This document shows, piece after piece, positions 36,854 to 47,531 of a stretch of DNA of 64,000 nt (positions are counted from its first letter, which is position 1; each line of letters starts with the position of its first letter). The DNA is from Flavobacteriales bacterium (GTDB lineage: Bacteria > Bacteroidota > Bacteroidia > Flavobacteriales_D > CAJJDF01). Position numbers and translations under genes: made by a program. The stretch covers positions 2,109-66,108 of the forward strand of contig CBFHPW010000012.1 of NCBI GenBank assembly GCA_965657945.1. Direction: 5' to 3'. The notes below the pieces were generated by a model. The model was not told the origin of the DNA, did not search any database, and worked only from the letters and a program-made list of their open reading frames with translations.

Positions 36854-37606
36854 ATGAAAAAAAATCTACTTGCACTCAGTCTAATCACTTCTTTTACAGT
36901 TTCTTATACTCAAATTGAGTTAAGAACGCACAACGGGGGGACTGCCTTAATCAACGAAACCAACATCAATGTAAATGCAGCTTTGGTAAACGACATGAAC
37001 CAAGATGTTCCTGTGGAAATTGATGTAAAGAGTCTTTACTCGACTACCAAAACATTAAGAGTCAAAAAAATTGAAAAAACTTCGACTGCGCCTTTGTCAG
37101 AAAACGCAATTTGTTGGGGGCTTTGTACAATTGGTGTGGTTTGGGGAACCCAACCAACTGTGATAAGTGATCCTTCTCCAATAAACGCAGGAGCTACGGT
37201 ACTATATTCAGGGCATTTATACCCAAAACTAGACCACGGAACTAGCGTATTTCGATATGTATTTTATGATGTGGCAAACACAAATGACAGTACTTGGGTT
37301 GATGTTACCTTTAATATCACTAACCCAAATATGGTAAGTATCAATGAGGTAAAAAAGGAAACGACTTTAGCCCTTTTTCCCAACCCAGCAACCACCGAAT
37401 TAAATATTAGGCTAAATTCGAATGAAAGCAACAAAAGTATTGAAATCATTGATCTTTTAGGCAAACAAGTTTTCACAAAAAACATCCCGAATGAATCTGC
37501 TAACTTTAAAATTAACACCGGAGATTTCAAACCGGGAATATATTTTGTTTCGGTAAAAGCTGGCAACAAAGCAGTACAGACTGAAAAAATCGTTATTACG
37601 AAATAA
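36854..37606 (+). CDS. T9SS type A sorting-domain protein
   Basis: Signal peptide; LFPNPAT...IDLLGKQV...KPGIYFV...KIVITK. Confidence 0.9.
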   Translation: MKKNLLALSLITSFTVSYTQIELRTHNGGTALINETNINVNAALVNDMNQDVPVEIDVKSLYSTTKTLRVKKIEKTSTAPLSENAICWGLCTIGVVWGTQPTVISDPSPINAGATVLYSGHLYPKLDHGTSVFRYVFYDVANTNDSTWVDVTFNITNPNMVSINEVKKETTLALFPNPATTELNIRLNSNESNKSIEIIDLLGKQVFTKNIPNESANFKINTGDFKPGIYFVSVKAGNKAVQTEKIVITK

Positions 37607-37624
37607 AAGCAAATAAAAATAAGC

Positions 37625-37658
37625 AAAAGAGGAGCTAAACTGGCTCCTCTTTTTTTTT
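37625..37658 (+). terminator. Intrinsic terminator
   Basis: AAAAGAGGAGC-N7-GCTCCTCTTTT followed by a T-run. Confidence 0.85.
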
Positions 37659-37733
37659 GAAATATAAACTGCAAGTAGTTGAAATACTTGATAAATCCTT
37701 ATATTTACCGCTTTCATAAAATTTATCAAATAA

Positions 37734-38321
37734 ATGATCACTTACCTGAACGGAAAATTAGTAGAAAAAAATCCGGCAAACGTTGTCCTTGAGTGCAACG
37801 GAATCGGATATTACGTTCACATATCTTTGCAAACATATTCCAAAATAGGGAATCAAGAAATCTGTAAAATTTACACCTACCTCTCTATAAAGGAAGATTC
37901 TCATACGCTTTACGGCTTTGCTGATATTCAAGAAAGAGAACTGTTTAAACAATTAATTTCGGTTTCTGGAGTTGGTACAAACACGGCAAGAATGATGCTT
38001 TCTTCTATGACTTCAAGTGAGTTGGTTTCTTCTATCGCCTCCAACAATGTAACCTCATTAACAAGCATAAAAGGAATAGGTGGGAAAACCGCTCAACGTA
38101 TCATATTAGACCTGAAAGATAAAATCTTGAAGACATCTGATACCCTAGATAATAAATCAGGATTAATGAACAATACTATTAAAAATGAAGCGTTATCTGC
38201 TCTTGTAGTTTTAGGATTTGATAAAAAAATGGCCGAATCTGCTTTAACGAAGATTTTGTTAAAAGAACCTACTATTACAAACGTTGAAGAATTAATTAAA
38301 AAAAGTTTGAAAACTTTCTAA
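37734..38321 (+). CDS. ruvA: Holliday junction branch migration protein RuvA
   Basis: MITYLNGKL, LISVSGVGT, IKGIGGKTAQRIILDLKDK and EALSALVVLGF. Confidence 0.97.
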   Translation: MITYLNGKLVEKNPANVVLECNGIGYYVHISLQTYSKIGNQEICKIYTYLSIKEDSHTLYGFADIQERELFKQLISVSGVGTNTARMMLSSMTSSELVSSIASNNVTSLTSIKGIGGKTAQRIILDLKDKILKTSDTLDNKSGLMNNTIKNEALSALVVLGFDKKMAESALTKILLKEPTITNVEELIKKSLKTF

Positions 38322-38328
38322 GAAATCT

Positions 38329-41300
38329 TTGAACCAACAAGCGAACATATCAATACGTGTAATTCTAATAATTGGATTGTCCTCTTTGTTTTTTGCAGGA
38401 TATTCTTTGAGGGAAGACGTCAATATTGGAAAGAAATACCTAGAAAATTCAAATAAACTATTAATTCCAATCGAAGTAGATTCGCCCGATATCGAACTTC
38501 AGTATCCCTATACAAACACCAATAACCAATTTCGTTCGAAATCCAGTATTCTAGGGTTAGAAGACCCGCTCAATATCAAACGAAAAATCAGATATAATTC
38601 CCAAACTGGGCGATATGAGTTCGTTACTACATTGGGCGATAGCAATAGTTTATACCTCCCGTCTACCATGTCGTTGGAAGAGTATAGAAAATACCAAGAA
38701 CAAAAAGCTCAAGAAGAGTATTGGAAAGAAAAAATTGCCGAAGATAACAGTACAAACACAGGTAGCTTTGTTCCAAAATTGGATAAAAAAAACAGAGAAT
38801 TTGGAGATATTTGCGAAGGTAAATTGATTGAAATAAACCCTCAAGGCTCAGCCGAATTGCGATTTGGATTGAATACAACAAGGACGGAAAATCCTGCTAT
38901 TCCAGTAAAGCAAAGACAACTGACTACTTTTGACTTTGATCAACAAATACAACTTAATGTTCAAGGGAGTATTTGTGATAAATTCAAATTAAATTTTAAT
39001 TATAATACGGAAGCTACCTTTGATTTTGAAAATCAAACCAAACTTGCTTACGAGGGTAACGAAGATCAAATTTTACAAAAAATCGAAGCGGGGAATGTTA
39101 CCTATCCCATTCAAAATAGTTTAATTCAAGGAAGTCAAAGTTTATTTGGACTTAGAACAGATCTAAAATTTGGAAAACTAAATATTTCTACGGTTGTTTC
39201 TCAAAACAGAGGAGAAAGAAAGGAAATCAATATTAAAAACGGAGCACAACAAAAAGAGTACGAGCTCCCTATCAACAATTACGAAGCGAATCGCCACTAT
39301 TTTTTAAACCATTACCACAGAGACAACTACGACAAAGCAATGGCTTCTTTGCCCAATGTTTCTTCTCAAGTAAGGATTACTAAGATTGAAGTTTGGGTTA
39401 CCAATAGAGTCAATGATTTTGACGATACAAGGAACATTGTCGCTTTCTCTGATTTAGGTGAAACGAAAGTCTTGGAAGGAAATCCTCAGGGGATCTCCAA
39501 TCCTAATGATGTTCCTTCAAACAACGCCAACGGATTATATGGATTCTTATCTCGAACTGCAGGAGCAAGAAATTTAAGTACCGTAACTTCTACTTTGAAT
39601 TCTGTTGTAGGTGCGCCAGGACCACTCGTACAAAGCAAACACTACGAAAAACTTGAAAACGCCAGATTACTAGCCGTTTCGGAATATAATTACAATTCTA
39701 TTCTCGGTTATATCTCATTGAATCAACCCTTGAATAATGACGAGATTCTAGGTGTGGCGTACCAATATACCTATCAAGGAAAAACATTTCAGGTAGGTGA
39801 ATTCTCCACTGACGGAATCAAAGGAAATGATGCCTTATTTGTAAAAATGCTAAAAGGAACAGTCAACTCACCGCAAAATAAAGTGTGGGACTTGATGATG
39901 AAAAACATCTATTCGATTGGTGCGTACCAGATAAATCAAGATAACTTTAAGCTAGATATTTGGTACAACAACCCAAAAACTGGGGTTGAAATCAACTACA
40001 TACCCCAACCTGGAGTAGATAATAAATTGGTCCTTCAACTTATTGGGTCGGATATTATCAATCAACAACAACAAGCGTATCCCGATGGAGTCTTTGATTT
40101 TATCCCTTTGCAATACATTGGTAATAAAGTAGATAATGGGGGAACAATCAACCCACAGAACGGACGAATTATTTTTAGTAAAGTAGAACCATTTGGTTCT
40201 TATCTAGAGCAACAACTTACCAATGCAGGGGTTTCTCCCGCAGTGGTGAATACAATTGCCTACAACGAATTGTATGACAGTACCCAAACTATTGCTCTCC
40301 AGTTCCCAGAGCTAAACCGATTCAAAATAAAGGGAACCTATGAATCAGCAAATAGCTCAGAAATATCATTAAACGCATTTAACATTCCTCAGGGATCTGT
40401 AACCGTAACTGCCGGAGGGGTTCGGTTAGTGGAAAACCAAGACTACACCGTTGATTACAATATCGGAAGAGTGAAAATATTAAATGATGGTGTATTGAAC
40501 TCGGGAACTCCCATTAAAATATCATTGGAGAGTAACTCGCTCTTTACCTCGATACAAAAAACAATGATTGGTACCCATTTTGATTACCAATTCAATAAAA
40601 ATTTCAACTTAGGTGCAACCATGCTCAGGTTATCAGAAAAACCGATGACGCAAAAAGTAAACATTGGGGATGAGCCTGTTCGAAACACCATGCTCGGAAT
40701 AAATGGTAATTTCCAGCAAGACGCGCCATTTTTAACCAAATTGGTAGATCGAATTCCTTTTATCAACACCAAAGAAAAATCAAGTATTACTGCATCGGTA
40801 GAAGCCGCCTACCTTATTCCAGGCCACAATCCAGCAATTGGAGATGAAGGGCAATCGTTTATCGATGATTTTGAAGGAAGCCAATCTGCGATTGATATCC
40901 GTTCCTTTAATACATGGGTAATTGCAAGTGTACCGCAAGGTCAACCCGATTTATTTCCAGAAGCAGATTTAATTAACAACCTGAACTATGGAAAAAACAG
41001 AGCGTTAATGAACTGGAATGTTTACGATCCTTCTGTTTTTTACGAAGAAAGAGGATTGGTTCCGGGTTACGTGGAGGCTGATGCAATTCAGCATAACCAC
41101 ACCATGAGACTTGTTCAGGAGAGTGAACTTTTCCCAAACAGAAGTATAGATCCTACGGCTGGTCAAATTGACCGAATTGCCATGTTTAACTTAGCCTTTT
41201 TCCCTTCAGAAAGAGGACCTTATAACTTTGATACTGATCCTTCTTCTATTTCGAGAGGACTAGCAAATAATGGTTTATTGAACGACCCAAGCTCAAGATG

Positions 41301-44300
41301 GGGTGGCATCATGAGGCAACTTCAAACGAATGATTTTGAAAATGCAAACATAGAATACATTCAATTCTGGATAATGGAACCTTTCAACTCGACAGGTGGT
41401 GGTGACAATGACGACTCGCCAAACTCGACAGGTGGTGAACTTTATATTAATTTAGGAAATGTTTCTGAGGACATATTGCGAGATGGAATCAAAACATTTG
41501 AAAATGGACTACCTACCGATGGTGTATTTGACCCTGCTACCCTTACCTCAACAGTTTGGGGAAGAGTTCCGACTGTTCAACAAATCATTACTGCCTTTGA
41601 CAATACCCCTGCAAGTAGAATATTCCAAGATGTTGGATTGGACGGACTTTCAAGTAGTCAAGAGCAAGCATTCTTTACTGATTACGTAAATTGGGTAAAC
41701 ACTTCTTCACTTTCACCAGCCGCAAAATCTGCTTTACTTAGCGACCCTGCGGGAGATGATTACACATTCTACCGTAATGATGTTTATGACAGCCAAACAG
41801 CAAATATTATTGCCCGATACAAGAGATTCAATGGACTGGAAGGAAACTCCGCAACTGACGAACAATCTCAGTCAATAAATGCCCAAGGATACCCAACTTC
41901 TAAAACTACCTTGCCAGATTTGGAAGACATCAATAGAGATAATAACTTGAATGAAACAGAAAGTTACTATCAATACAAAATTAACATGAAACCTGGTGAA
42001 ATGGAAGTGGGCAAGAACTATATCGTTGATAAAGTTGTACGAACGCACAAAGCATCAGGAAAACAAGTTACCTGGTACCAATATCGTGTACCTGTGCGTG
42101 AACCGAACAAAGTGATAAACGGAATTCAAGACTTTAGATCTATTCGTTTTATGAGAATATTCATGAAAAACTTCCAACAACCCGTTATACTTCGATTTGC
42201 CAGATTAGAACTATTGAGAGGGACTTGGAGAAGGTACGACAAAGATATAGTAGACGATGGAGAATATATACAATCCGATCCTTCGGGAACAATTTTTAAT
42301 ATCTCCGCTGTGAACATTGAAGAAAATTCTGAAAGAGATCCAATTAACTACACGATACCACCCAATTTTCAGAGAGAAATTAATCCCAACTCCGCTGTAC
42401 AGGCATATCTGAACGAGCAATCACTCGAGATGGAACTATGTGGACTGAAAGATGGTGTAGCCAAAGCCGCTTTCAGAAGTGTTGATTTTGATGTATTGAA
42501 CTACAAGAAAATCAAAATGTTTGTGCACGGTGAGCAACACACTATTACCAACGATCCTGTTCAAGATGATGATGTAACAATTTTTGTAAGAATTGGAACC
42601 GATTTTCAGTTCAACTATTACGAATATGAAATGCCTATAAAAATGACGGCATATGGTGCAGTATCGGAAGCTGATGTTTGGCCAGAAGCGAATAACCTAG
42701 AAATCATTTTACAAGACTTAAAAAACTTAAAAGTTGCCAGGAATAATTCGCTGGGAGTGAATGCCTCCATTCTCTCTATTTTTGAGCAAACTGTGCCGGG
42801 AAAAACGGATCACATCATAAAGGTTATTGGTAATCCAAACCTACGAGATCTTAAAACTATTATGATTGGGGTAAGAAACCCAAATAAAGACAAAGCGCAT
42901 CCTTGGCAACCAGATGATGGAAGAGAGAAGTGTGTAAAAGTATGGGTGAACGAACTGAGAATGGCTGATTTTGAAAACTCAGGTGGATGGGCTGCCCAGT
43001 CAAGAGTGCAAACAACCCTAGCTGATTTTGCCACTGTTTCTTTGGCAGGACAAATTAGTACACCAGGATTTGGTGGAATAGAACAAAGAGTAAGCGAACG
43101 ACAGAGGGAAACTATTCGCCAAGTGGATGCAGCAACCAGTATTCAATTGGGAAAGTTTTTTGGAAAAAATGTAGGGTTACAATTCCCTCTCTTCCTTGGA
43201 TTTTCGGAAGGAATAATTGATCCACAATTCGATCCTTTGAACCCCGACATTGAATTTGACCAATCTATTTCTGACGTATCAATAGAGGAGCAGCAGCAGC
43301 GAATCAAGGATGCAAGAGACATTACCGTTAGGCGAAGTATCAACTTTACAAACGTTCGTTTGTCACCTAAAAAACGTTCGACTAATATGTATCCATGGGA
43401 TTTGAAGAACTTTGGTTTTACTTATGCCTACAACGAACTTTACCGCAGAGATATTCAAACAGAATATAACACAAACAGAACTTACAACGGGGCGCTAAAC
43501 TATACTTACCAAACCAATCTGAAGCCCTTTACTCCGTTCAGGAATAGTAAATTGCTTAGGTCTTCGCAGTGGTTTAGAATTATTAGAGACATTAACATAA
43601 ACCCTCTGCCCAAACAACTAGCATTTACCACTAATATCGATAGGACTTACTCAGAAAGTAAAGCACGAGATATTACCGGAAATGCCTTAATTATTCCTCA
43701 ATTCTCCAAAACTTTTACTTGGGACAGAAACTACAACCTGAACTGGAATATCATGGAAGGTTTGAGGATAAATTACAACGCGAACAACCAAGGTCTCATT
43801 CGAGAACCTGGTGATTTAAAAGTTGATAAAACTCTTTATCCTGACGAATTTCAAATGAACCGCGACAGTGTCCTAAAAAGTTTCGGAAATTTCGGTGAAA
43901 ACAATCATTTTTTGCAATCGACCAATGTCACTTACACATGGCCATTTAAGAAAATACCTGTACTAAGTTTTGTGAATTTAACCACAAAATACCAAGCTAC
44001 TTACGACTGGCAAAGAGCGCCCTTGTCGCAAGATTCATTGGGAAATACAATCCAAAACTCAAGAAACATAGCATGGAACGGAAGTTTTAATATGAAAAAC
44101 TTGTACAATAAGGTGCCTTATTTTAAGAAAGTGAATCAAAAGTCACGTAATAACTCGCGTAGATCTGCTACAAAGAGAATAAAATCTGGAAAGCTCGAAA
44201 GCGATGACGGCAAGCAAGATGACAAGGATGACAAAGGGAAGAGAAAAGGAAAATCGAAAAAGAAAGACCCAAATGCCCTTACTTTTGGCGATGGATTGGC

Positions 44301-45687
44301 CAAAATATTGATGTCGTTGCAAAACGTGACTTTCAGTTACAGTACAATTGATGGGCAATTATTGCCGGGATACAAACCAAGATCGGAATATTTTGGAATG
44401 ACCAATGGGTTCACCACTCCTGGTATAGGGTTTGTATTTGGTGGAGAACAAGAAAGAGACTTTTTTGGAAGAGAAACTGGCAATGACTTCGCTGTAACTT
44501 CCGCTCAAAATGGCTGGCTGGTTGGGCCATCTAGCAGATTCATCAATACGCAAAGAACCACGAATCACAGCAAAAACTTTAACTCACGAGCTACATTTGA
44601 GCCATTTAAAGGAATTAGAGTAGAACTTACAGCAAACTACATTTATTCTGAAAACATGAATGAGAATTTCATTTGGGATGACTCTCTGGGAACTTATCAA
44701 AATTTTAATACAATGAGAGTTGGGAATTATAACTATTCGTTTAACTCCATACGAACTGCCTTTGTAAAAGACGACACTAACGGGAATTCCAAACTATTCA
44801 CCGATTTGCTCGAGAACAGAAAACAAGCCTCTGCCCTATTGAATTCGGAAAACCCTTATTCGAGCCAAGCTCTTGATGCAGATGGATTCTATGATGGTTA
44901 CGGTGCTTCCCAGCAAGAAGTTGTAATGGCTTCTTTTATTGCGGCCTATTCAGGAAAAAACTTAACCAAAAAGACGTTAAATCCGCTTAGCGCACTGCCC
45001 AATTTAAATTGGAGAGTAACGATTGATGGACTCAATAGAATGCCCGCTATTCGGAAACTTTTCCGAAGTATTGTCTTTTCGCATGCTTACAATTCCACAT
45101 TTACTGTGGCTTCTTTCAATACAGATTTGGAAGCAGTGGTAGACGAAAATGGCAATAGCCAAACCCGAGACGAAAGCGGAAATATAAGACCCGAACAACA
45201 AGTAATGGCCGTTGCTATTACTGAACAGTTTAATCCACTTTTTAAAGTTGACGCAACTTGGCAAAACAGCTTAATCACAAAATTTGAATACAGATCGAAC
45301 AGGAACATCTCACTGAGTTTGGCTAACAATCAAATTACCGAACTGAAAGGAACGGAAATTACAATTGGAACAGGATATCGTTTTCAGAATGTAAAATTTC
45401 CAATCAAAATAGGAAAGAAAACACCCATTAGCGACATCAATGCTCGTTTGGATGTATCGCTAAGAGACAACAAAACCATCATCCGAAAAATAGACCAGAA
45501 TCAGAATCAACTGACTGCGGGGCAACGTTACATTGCCATCAAAGGATCGGCCGATTATGTACTAAACAAACAATTTACTCTGCGATTCTATTACGATAGA
45601 GTAATGACAAATCCATACATCTCTACTTCCTTCCCTACGATGAATCAGAATGTTGGGTTTGCGATTCGAGTGAATTTATTTCAATAA
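38329..45687 (+). CDS. sprA: T9SS outer-membrane translocon SprA (Sov)
   Basis: 2452 aa following ruvA; INPQGSAEL, FDFDQQIQLNVQG, LNAFNIPQGSVTVTAGG, WVNELR and terminal barrel strand. Confidence 0.95.
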   Translation: MNQQANISIRVILIIGLSSLFFAGYSLREDVNIGKKYLENSNKLLIPIEVDSPDIELQYPYTNTNNQFRSKSSILGLEDPLNIKRKIRYNSQTGRYEFVTTLGDSNSLYLPSTMSLEEYRKYQEQKAQEEYWKEKIAEDNSTNTGSFVPKLDKKNREFGDICEGKLIEINPQGSAELRFGLNTTRTENPAIPVKQRQLTTFDFDQQIQLNVQGSICDKFKLNFNYNTEATFDFENQTKLAYEGNEDQILQKIEAGNVTYPIQNSLIQGSQSLFGLRTDLKFGKLNISTVVSQNRGERKEINIKNGAQQKEYELPINNYEANRHYFLNHYHRDNYDKAMASLPNVSSQVRITKIEVWVTNRVNDFDDTRNIVAFSDLGETKVLEGNPQGISNPNDVPSNNANGLYGFLSRTAGARNLSTVTSTLNSVVGAPGPLVQSKHYEKLENARLLAVSEYNYNSILGYISLNQPLNNDEILGVAYQYTYQGKTFQVGEFSTDGIKGNDALFVKMLKGTVNSPQNKVWDLMMKNIYSIGAYQINQDNFKLDIWYNNPKTGVEINYIPQPGVDNKLVLQLIGSDIINQQQQAYPDGVFDFIPLQYIGNKVDNGGTINPQNGRIIFSKVEPFGSYLEQQLTNAGVSPAVVNTIAYNELYDSTQTIALQFPELNRFKIKGTYESANSSEISLNAFNIPQGSVTVTAGGVRLVENQDYTVDYNIGRVKILNDGVLNSGTPIKISLESNSLFTSIQKTMIGTHFDYQFNKNFNLGATMLRLSEKPMTQKVNIGDEPVRNTMLGINGNFQQDAPFLTKLVDRIPFINTKEKSSITASVEAAYLIPGHNPAIGDEGQSFIDDFEGSQSAIDIRSFNTWVIASVPQGQPDLFPEADLINNLNYGKNRALMNWNVYDPSVFYEERGLVPGYVEADAIQHNHTMRLVQESELFPNRSIDPTAGQIDRIAMFNLAFFPSERGPYNFDTDPSSISRGLANNGLLNDPSSRWGGIMRQLQTNDFENANIEYIQFWIMEPFNSTGGGDNDDSPNSTGGELYINLGNVSEDILRDGIKTFENGLPTDGVFDPATLTSTVWGRVPTVQQIITAFDNTPASRIFQDVGLDGLSSSQEQAFFTDYVNWVNTSSLSPAAKSALLSDPAGDDYTFYRNDVYDSQTANIIARYKRFNGLEGNSATDEQSQSINAQGYPTSKTTLPDLEDINRDNNLNETESYYQYKINMKPGEMEVGKNYIVDKVVRTHKASGKQVTWYQYRVPVREPNKVINGIQDFRSIRFMRIFMKNFQQPVILRFARLELLRGTWRRYDKDIVDDGEYIQSDPSGTIFNISAVNIEENSERDPINYTIPPNFQREINPNSAVQAYLNEQSLEMELCGLKDGVAKAAFRSVDFDVLNYKKIKMFVHGEQHTITNDPVQDDDVTIFVRIGTDFQFNYYEYEMPIKMTAYGAVSEADVWPEANNLEIILQDLKNLKVARNNSLGVNASILSIFEQTVPGKTDHIIKVIGNPNLRDLKTIMIGVRNPNKDKAHPWQPDDGREKCVKVWVNELRMADFENSGGWAAQSRVQTTLADFATVSLAGQISTPGFGGIEQRVSERQRETIRQVDAATSIQLGKFFGKNVGLQFPLFLGFSEGIIDPQFDPLNPDIEFDQSISDVSIEEQQQRIKDARDITVRRSINFTNVRLSPKKRSTNMYPWDLKNFGFTYAYNELYRRDIQTEYNTNRTYNGALNYTYQTNLKPFTPFRNSKLLRSSQWFRIIRDININPLPKQLAFTTNIDRTYSESKARDITGNALIIPQFSKTFTWDRNYNLNWNIMEGLRINYNANNQGLIREPGDLKVDKTLYPDEFQMNRDSVLKSFGNFGENNHFLQSTNVTYTWPFKKIPVLSFVNLTTKYQATYDWQRAPLSQDSLGNTIQNSRNIAWNGSFNMKNLYNKVPYFKKVNQKSRNNSRRSATKRIKSGKLESDDGKQDDKDDKGKRKGKSKKKDPNALTFGDGLAKILMSLQNVTFSYSTIDGQLLPGYKPRSEYFGMTNGFTTPGIGFVFGGEQERDFFGRETGNDFAVTSAQNGWLVGPSSRFINTQRTTNHSKNFNSRATFEPFKGIRVELTANYIYSENMNENFIWDDSLGTYQNFNTMRVGNYNYSFNSIRTAFVKDDTNGNSKLFTDLLENRKQASALLNSENPYSSQALDADGFYDGYGASQQEVVMASFIAAYSGKNLTKKTLNPLSALPNLNWRVTIDGLNRMPAIRKLFRSIVFSHAYNSTFTVASFNTDLEAVVDENGNSQTRDESGNIRPEQQVMAVAITEQFNPLFKVDATWQNSLITKFEYRSNRNISLSLANNQITELKGTEITIGTGYRFQNVKFPIKIGKKTPISDINARLDVSLRDNKTIIRKIDQNQNQLTAGQRYIAIKGSADYVLNKQFTLRFYYDRVMTNPYISTSFPTMNQNVGFAIRVNLFQ

Positions 45688-45772
45688 AAAAAATCGATCT
45701 AGCTAAGAAATAATAGCGTATCTGTTCATTGATTTGAACACAGAATATCCCGAAATAAAACTTGATTAAATT

Positions 45773-45802
45773 AAAAAACCCCTCCTACTTTCGTGGAAGG
45801 GA
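45773..45802 (-). terminator. Probable terminator downstream of tRNA-Phe
   Basis: Minus strand CCCTTCCAC-GAAA-GTAGGAGGG followed by T6; imperfect stem. Confidence 0.6.
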
Positions 45803-45814
45803 TTTATTTGTTAG

Positions 45815-45887
45815 TGGCTCCTCCCGGATTCGAACCGGGGACACATGGATTTTCAGTCCATTGCTCTACCAACTGAGCTAAGGAACC
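45815..45887 (-). tRNA. tRNA-Phe(GAA)
   Basis: GGTTCCT acceptor, anticodon arm ATGGA-CT GAA AA-TCCAT, T-loop GGTTCGAATCC. Confidence 0.97.
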
Positions 45888-45901
45888 TCCTTAGCAGGGT
45901 G

Positions 45902-45909
45902 CAAATATA
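45902..45909 (-). promoter_or_regulatory. -7 box (TATATTTG) for tRNA-Phe
   Basis: TAnnTTTG 14 nt upstream of the tRNA 5' end. Confidence 0.75.
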
Positions 45910-45943
45910 TACTTTTTATAATAAATCAAAAAATTTTATTTCA

Positions 45944-47530
45944 TTAAACTTTCTTGTTTTTGAATCTCCTAACAAAAGTCAGTAAAATCAATAGCGGAGC
46001 GATGAATAATCCAATTCTAGCAAGGAAATCTCCTTGCTTCGCATAGAAGGTTACTCTCTCCATTTCTGGGACCTGCATCGATATGGCTGTGGTTTCTTCC
46101 CAATTAGTCTTTTTTATAATTTCACCTTTTGGATTTATAAAGCAAGAAATTCCTGTATTAGCCGATCGAGCAATCCACTTGCGATTCTCAATTGCTCTGA
46201 GCTGTGTATAAGCTAATAATTGCTTGTATCCTGGAGTGTCGTGCCACCAAGCATCATTTGTACTTACAGCAATTATTTTTGCGCCCTTTACACAAAACTG
46301 GCCTATGAACTCGCCATAAATTGATTCATAACAGATGGTAGGCGCAATTAATGTTCCGGATACATCAAAGTTTTTTGGGGACTTTTCTCTGCCCAATGTG
46401 CCACTTGTGCCGCCCAGGTCAAATAAAGTCTCTAATGGCTTTGTAATAAACTGAAATGGCAAAGTTTCTACACCCAATACTAATTTCATTTTGTGATACG
46501 TATCAATGGAAGTGGACGTATCAATGAGAAGTGTAGAATTATAAGCTTCCCAAAACCCTCCAGATTTTAGTTCCCGCGATGCAATTGAATGTTCTTCATC
46601 AAAAAAAGCATGTGTAGAAGCTCCAGTTATCACTTTGGCGTTGGGGTAGTCTTTCAAAAATTTTTTAATCCTTCTTATTTCATCCGAATAACTCATCATA
46701 CTCTCCTCTAACGAGGAACTCAGCGCAGTTTCTGGTGTCAATATCAGCTTTGTATTCTGAGTCATTACCTCTCTGGTAATCTGCATCATCTTATCCGCTT
46801 GTTCAATGGAAGAAAGGGCGCCATCAAACTTTTGATATGGATCTATATTTGGCTGGGAAAGCACTATTTCAAGTTTCTTATTGTGTTCACCTACTTGTAC
46901 AGATTGTTTAAGGAAAAATGAAATGGAAAGAGGCACGAAAACGATAATCGCTATCGCGACAAGGTAACTTCTTGCTGACTTAAATTGTTTGGTTTCCTTG
47001 AATTTTTTGTATCCAAAATACACCAGTAAATTTACCACCAGAATCCATAACGAACCGCCAGATACTCCCGTAAATTCATACCATTGAACCGTATCGGGCG
47101 CAGCCGCAAACACATTTCCGAAAGGAAGCCAAGGGTGGGAGAGAGGCCAATTATAGTCTAGCCATTCGAAAGCCAAGATATTGACTACAAAAGCAATATA
47201 ACCCTCTTTATTGCCAACATACTTTCGTGTAAGATGAAAAAACCAAAATGGGAATGCCACCAGCACTGCGCTGAAGAAAAAAGCCATGAGCGCTCCTGAA
47301 AGAGTTGCGTGATAAATCCACCAAGTTGTCACGATATTGAACACTGAAAACACGACAAATGCATGCACATATACTTTAGTTGCGGATAATTTGTTTTCTA
47401 ATATTTGATTTTCTAAAAAAAGAAAGGGAACAAGGGAAACAAAAATTAAAGGAAAGAAACCTGTAATTTCTACCCAGCTGAAACCAAGAAGCAAACCAGT
47501 TGAAACAGAAAGTAGAAATCGCTTTGCCAT
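45944..47530 (-). CDS. lnt: Apolipoprotein N-acyltransferase
   Basis: Multi-TM N-terminus; QPNIDPY and nitrilase triad PET (E), YHKMKLV (K), ICYES (C). Confidence 0.92.
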   Translation of the reverse strand: MAKRFLLSVSTGLLLGFSWVEITGFFPLIFVSLVPFLFLENQILENKLSATKVYVHAFVVFSVFNIVTTWWIYHATLSGALMAFFFSAVLVAFPFWFFHLTRKYVGNKEGYIAFVVNILAFEWLDYNWPLSHPWLPFGNVFAAAPDTVQWYEFTGVSGGSLWILVVNLLVYFGYKKFKETKQFKSARSYLVAIAIIVFVPLSISFFLKQSVQVGEHNKKLEIVLSQPNIDPYQKFDGALSSIEQADKMMQITREVMTQNTKLILTPETALSSSLEESMMSYSDEIRRIKKFLKDYPNAKVITGASTHAFFDEEHSIASRELKSGGFWEAYNSTLLIDTSTSIDTYHKMKLVLGVETLPFQFITKPLETLFDLGGTSGTLGREKSPKNFDVSGTLIAPTICYESIYGEFIGQFCVKGAKIIAVSTNDAWWHDTPGYKQLLAYTQLRAIENRKWIARSANTGISCFINPKGEIIKKTNWEETTAISMQVPEMERVTFYAKQGDFLARIGLFIAPLLILLTFVRRFKNKKV

Positions 47531-47531
47531 A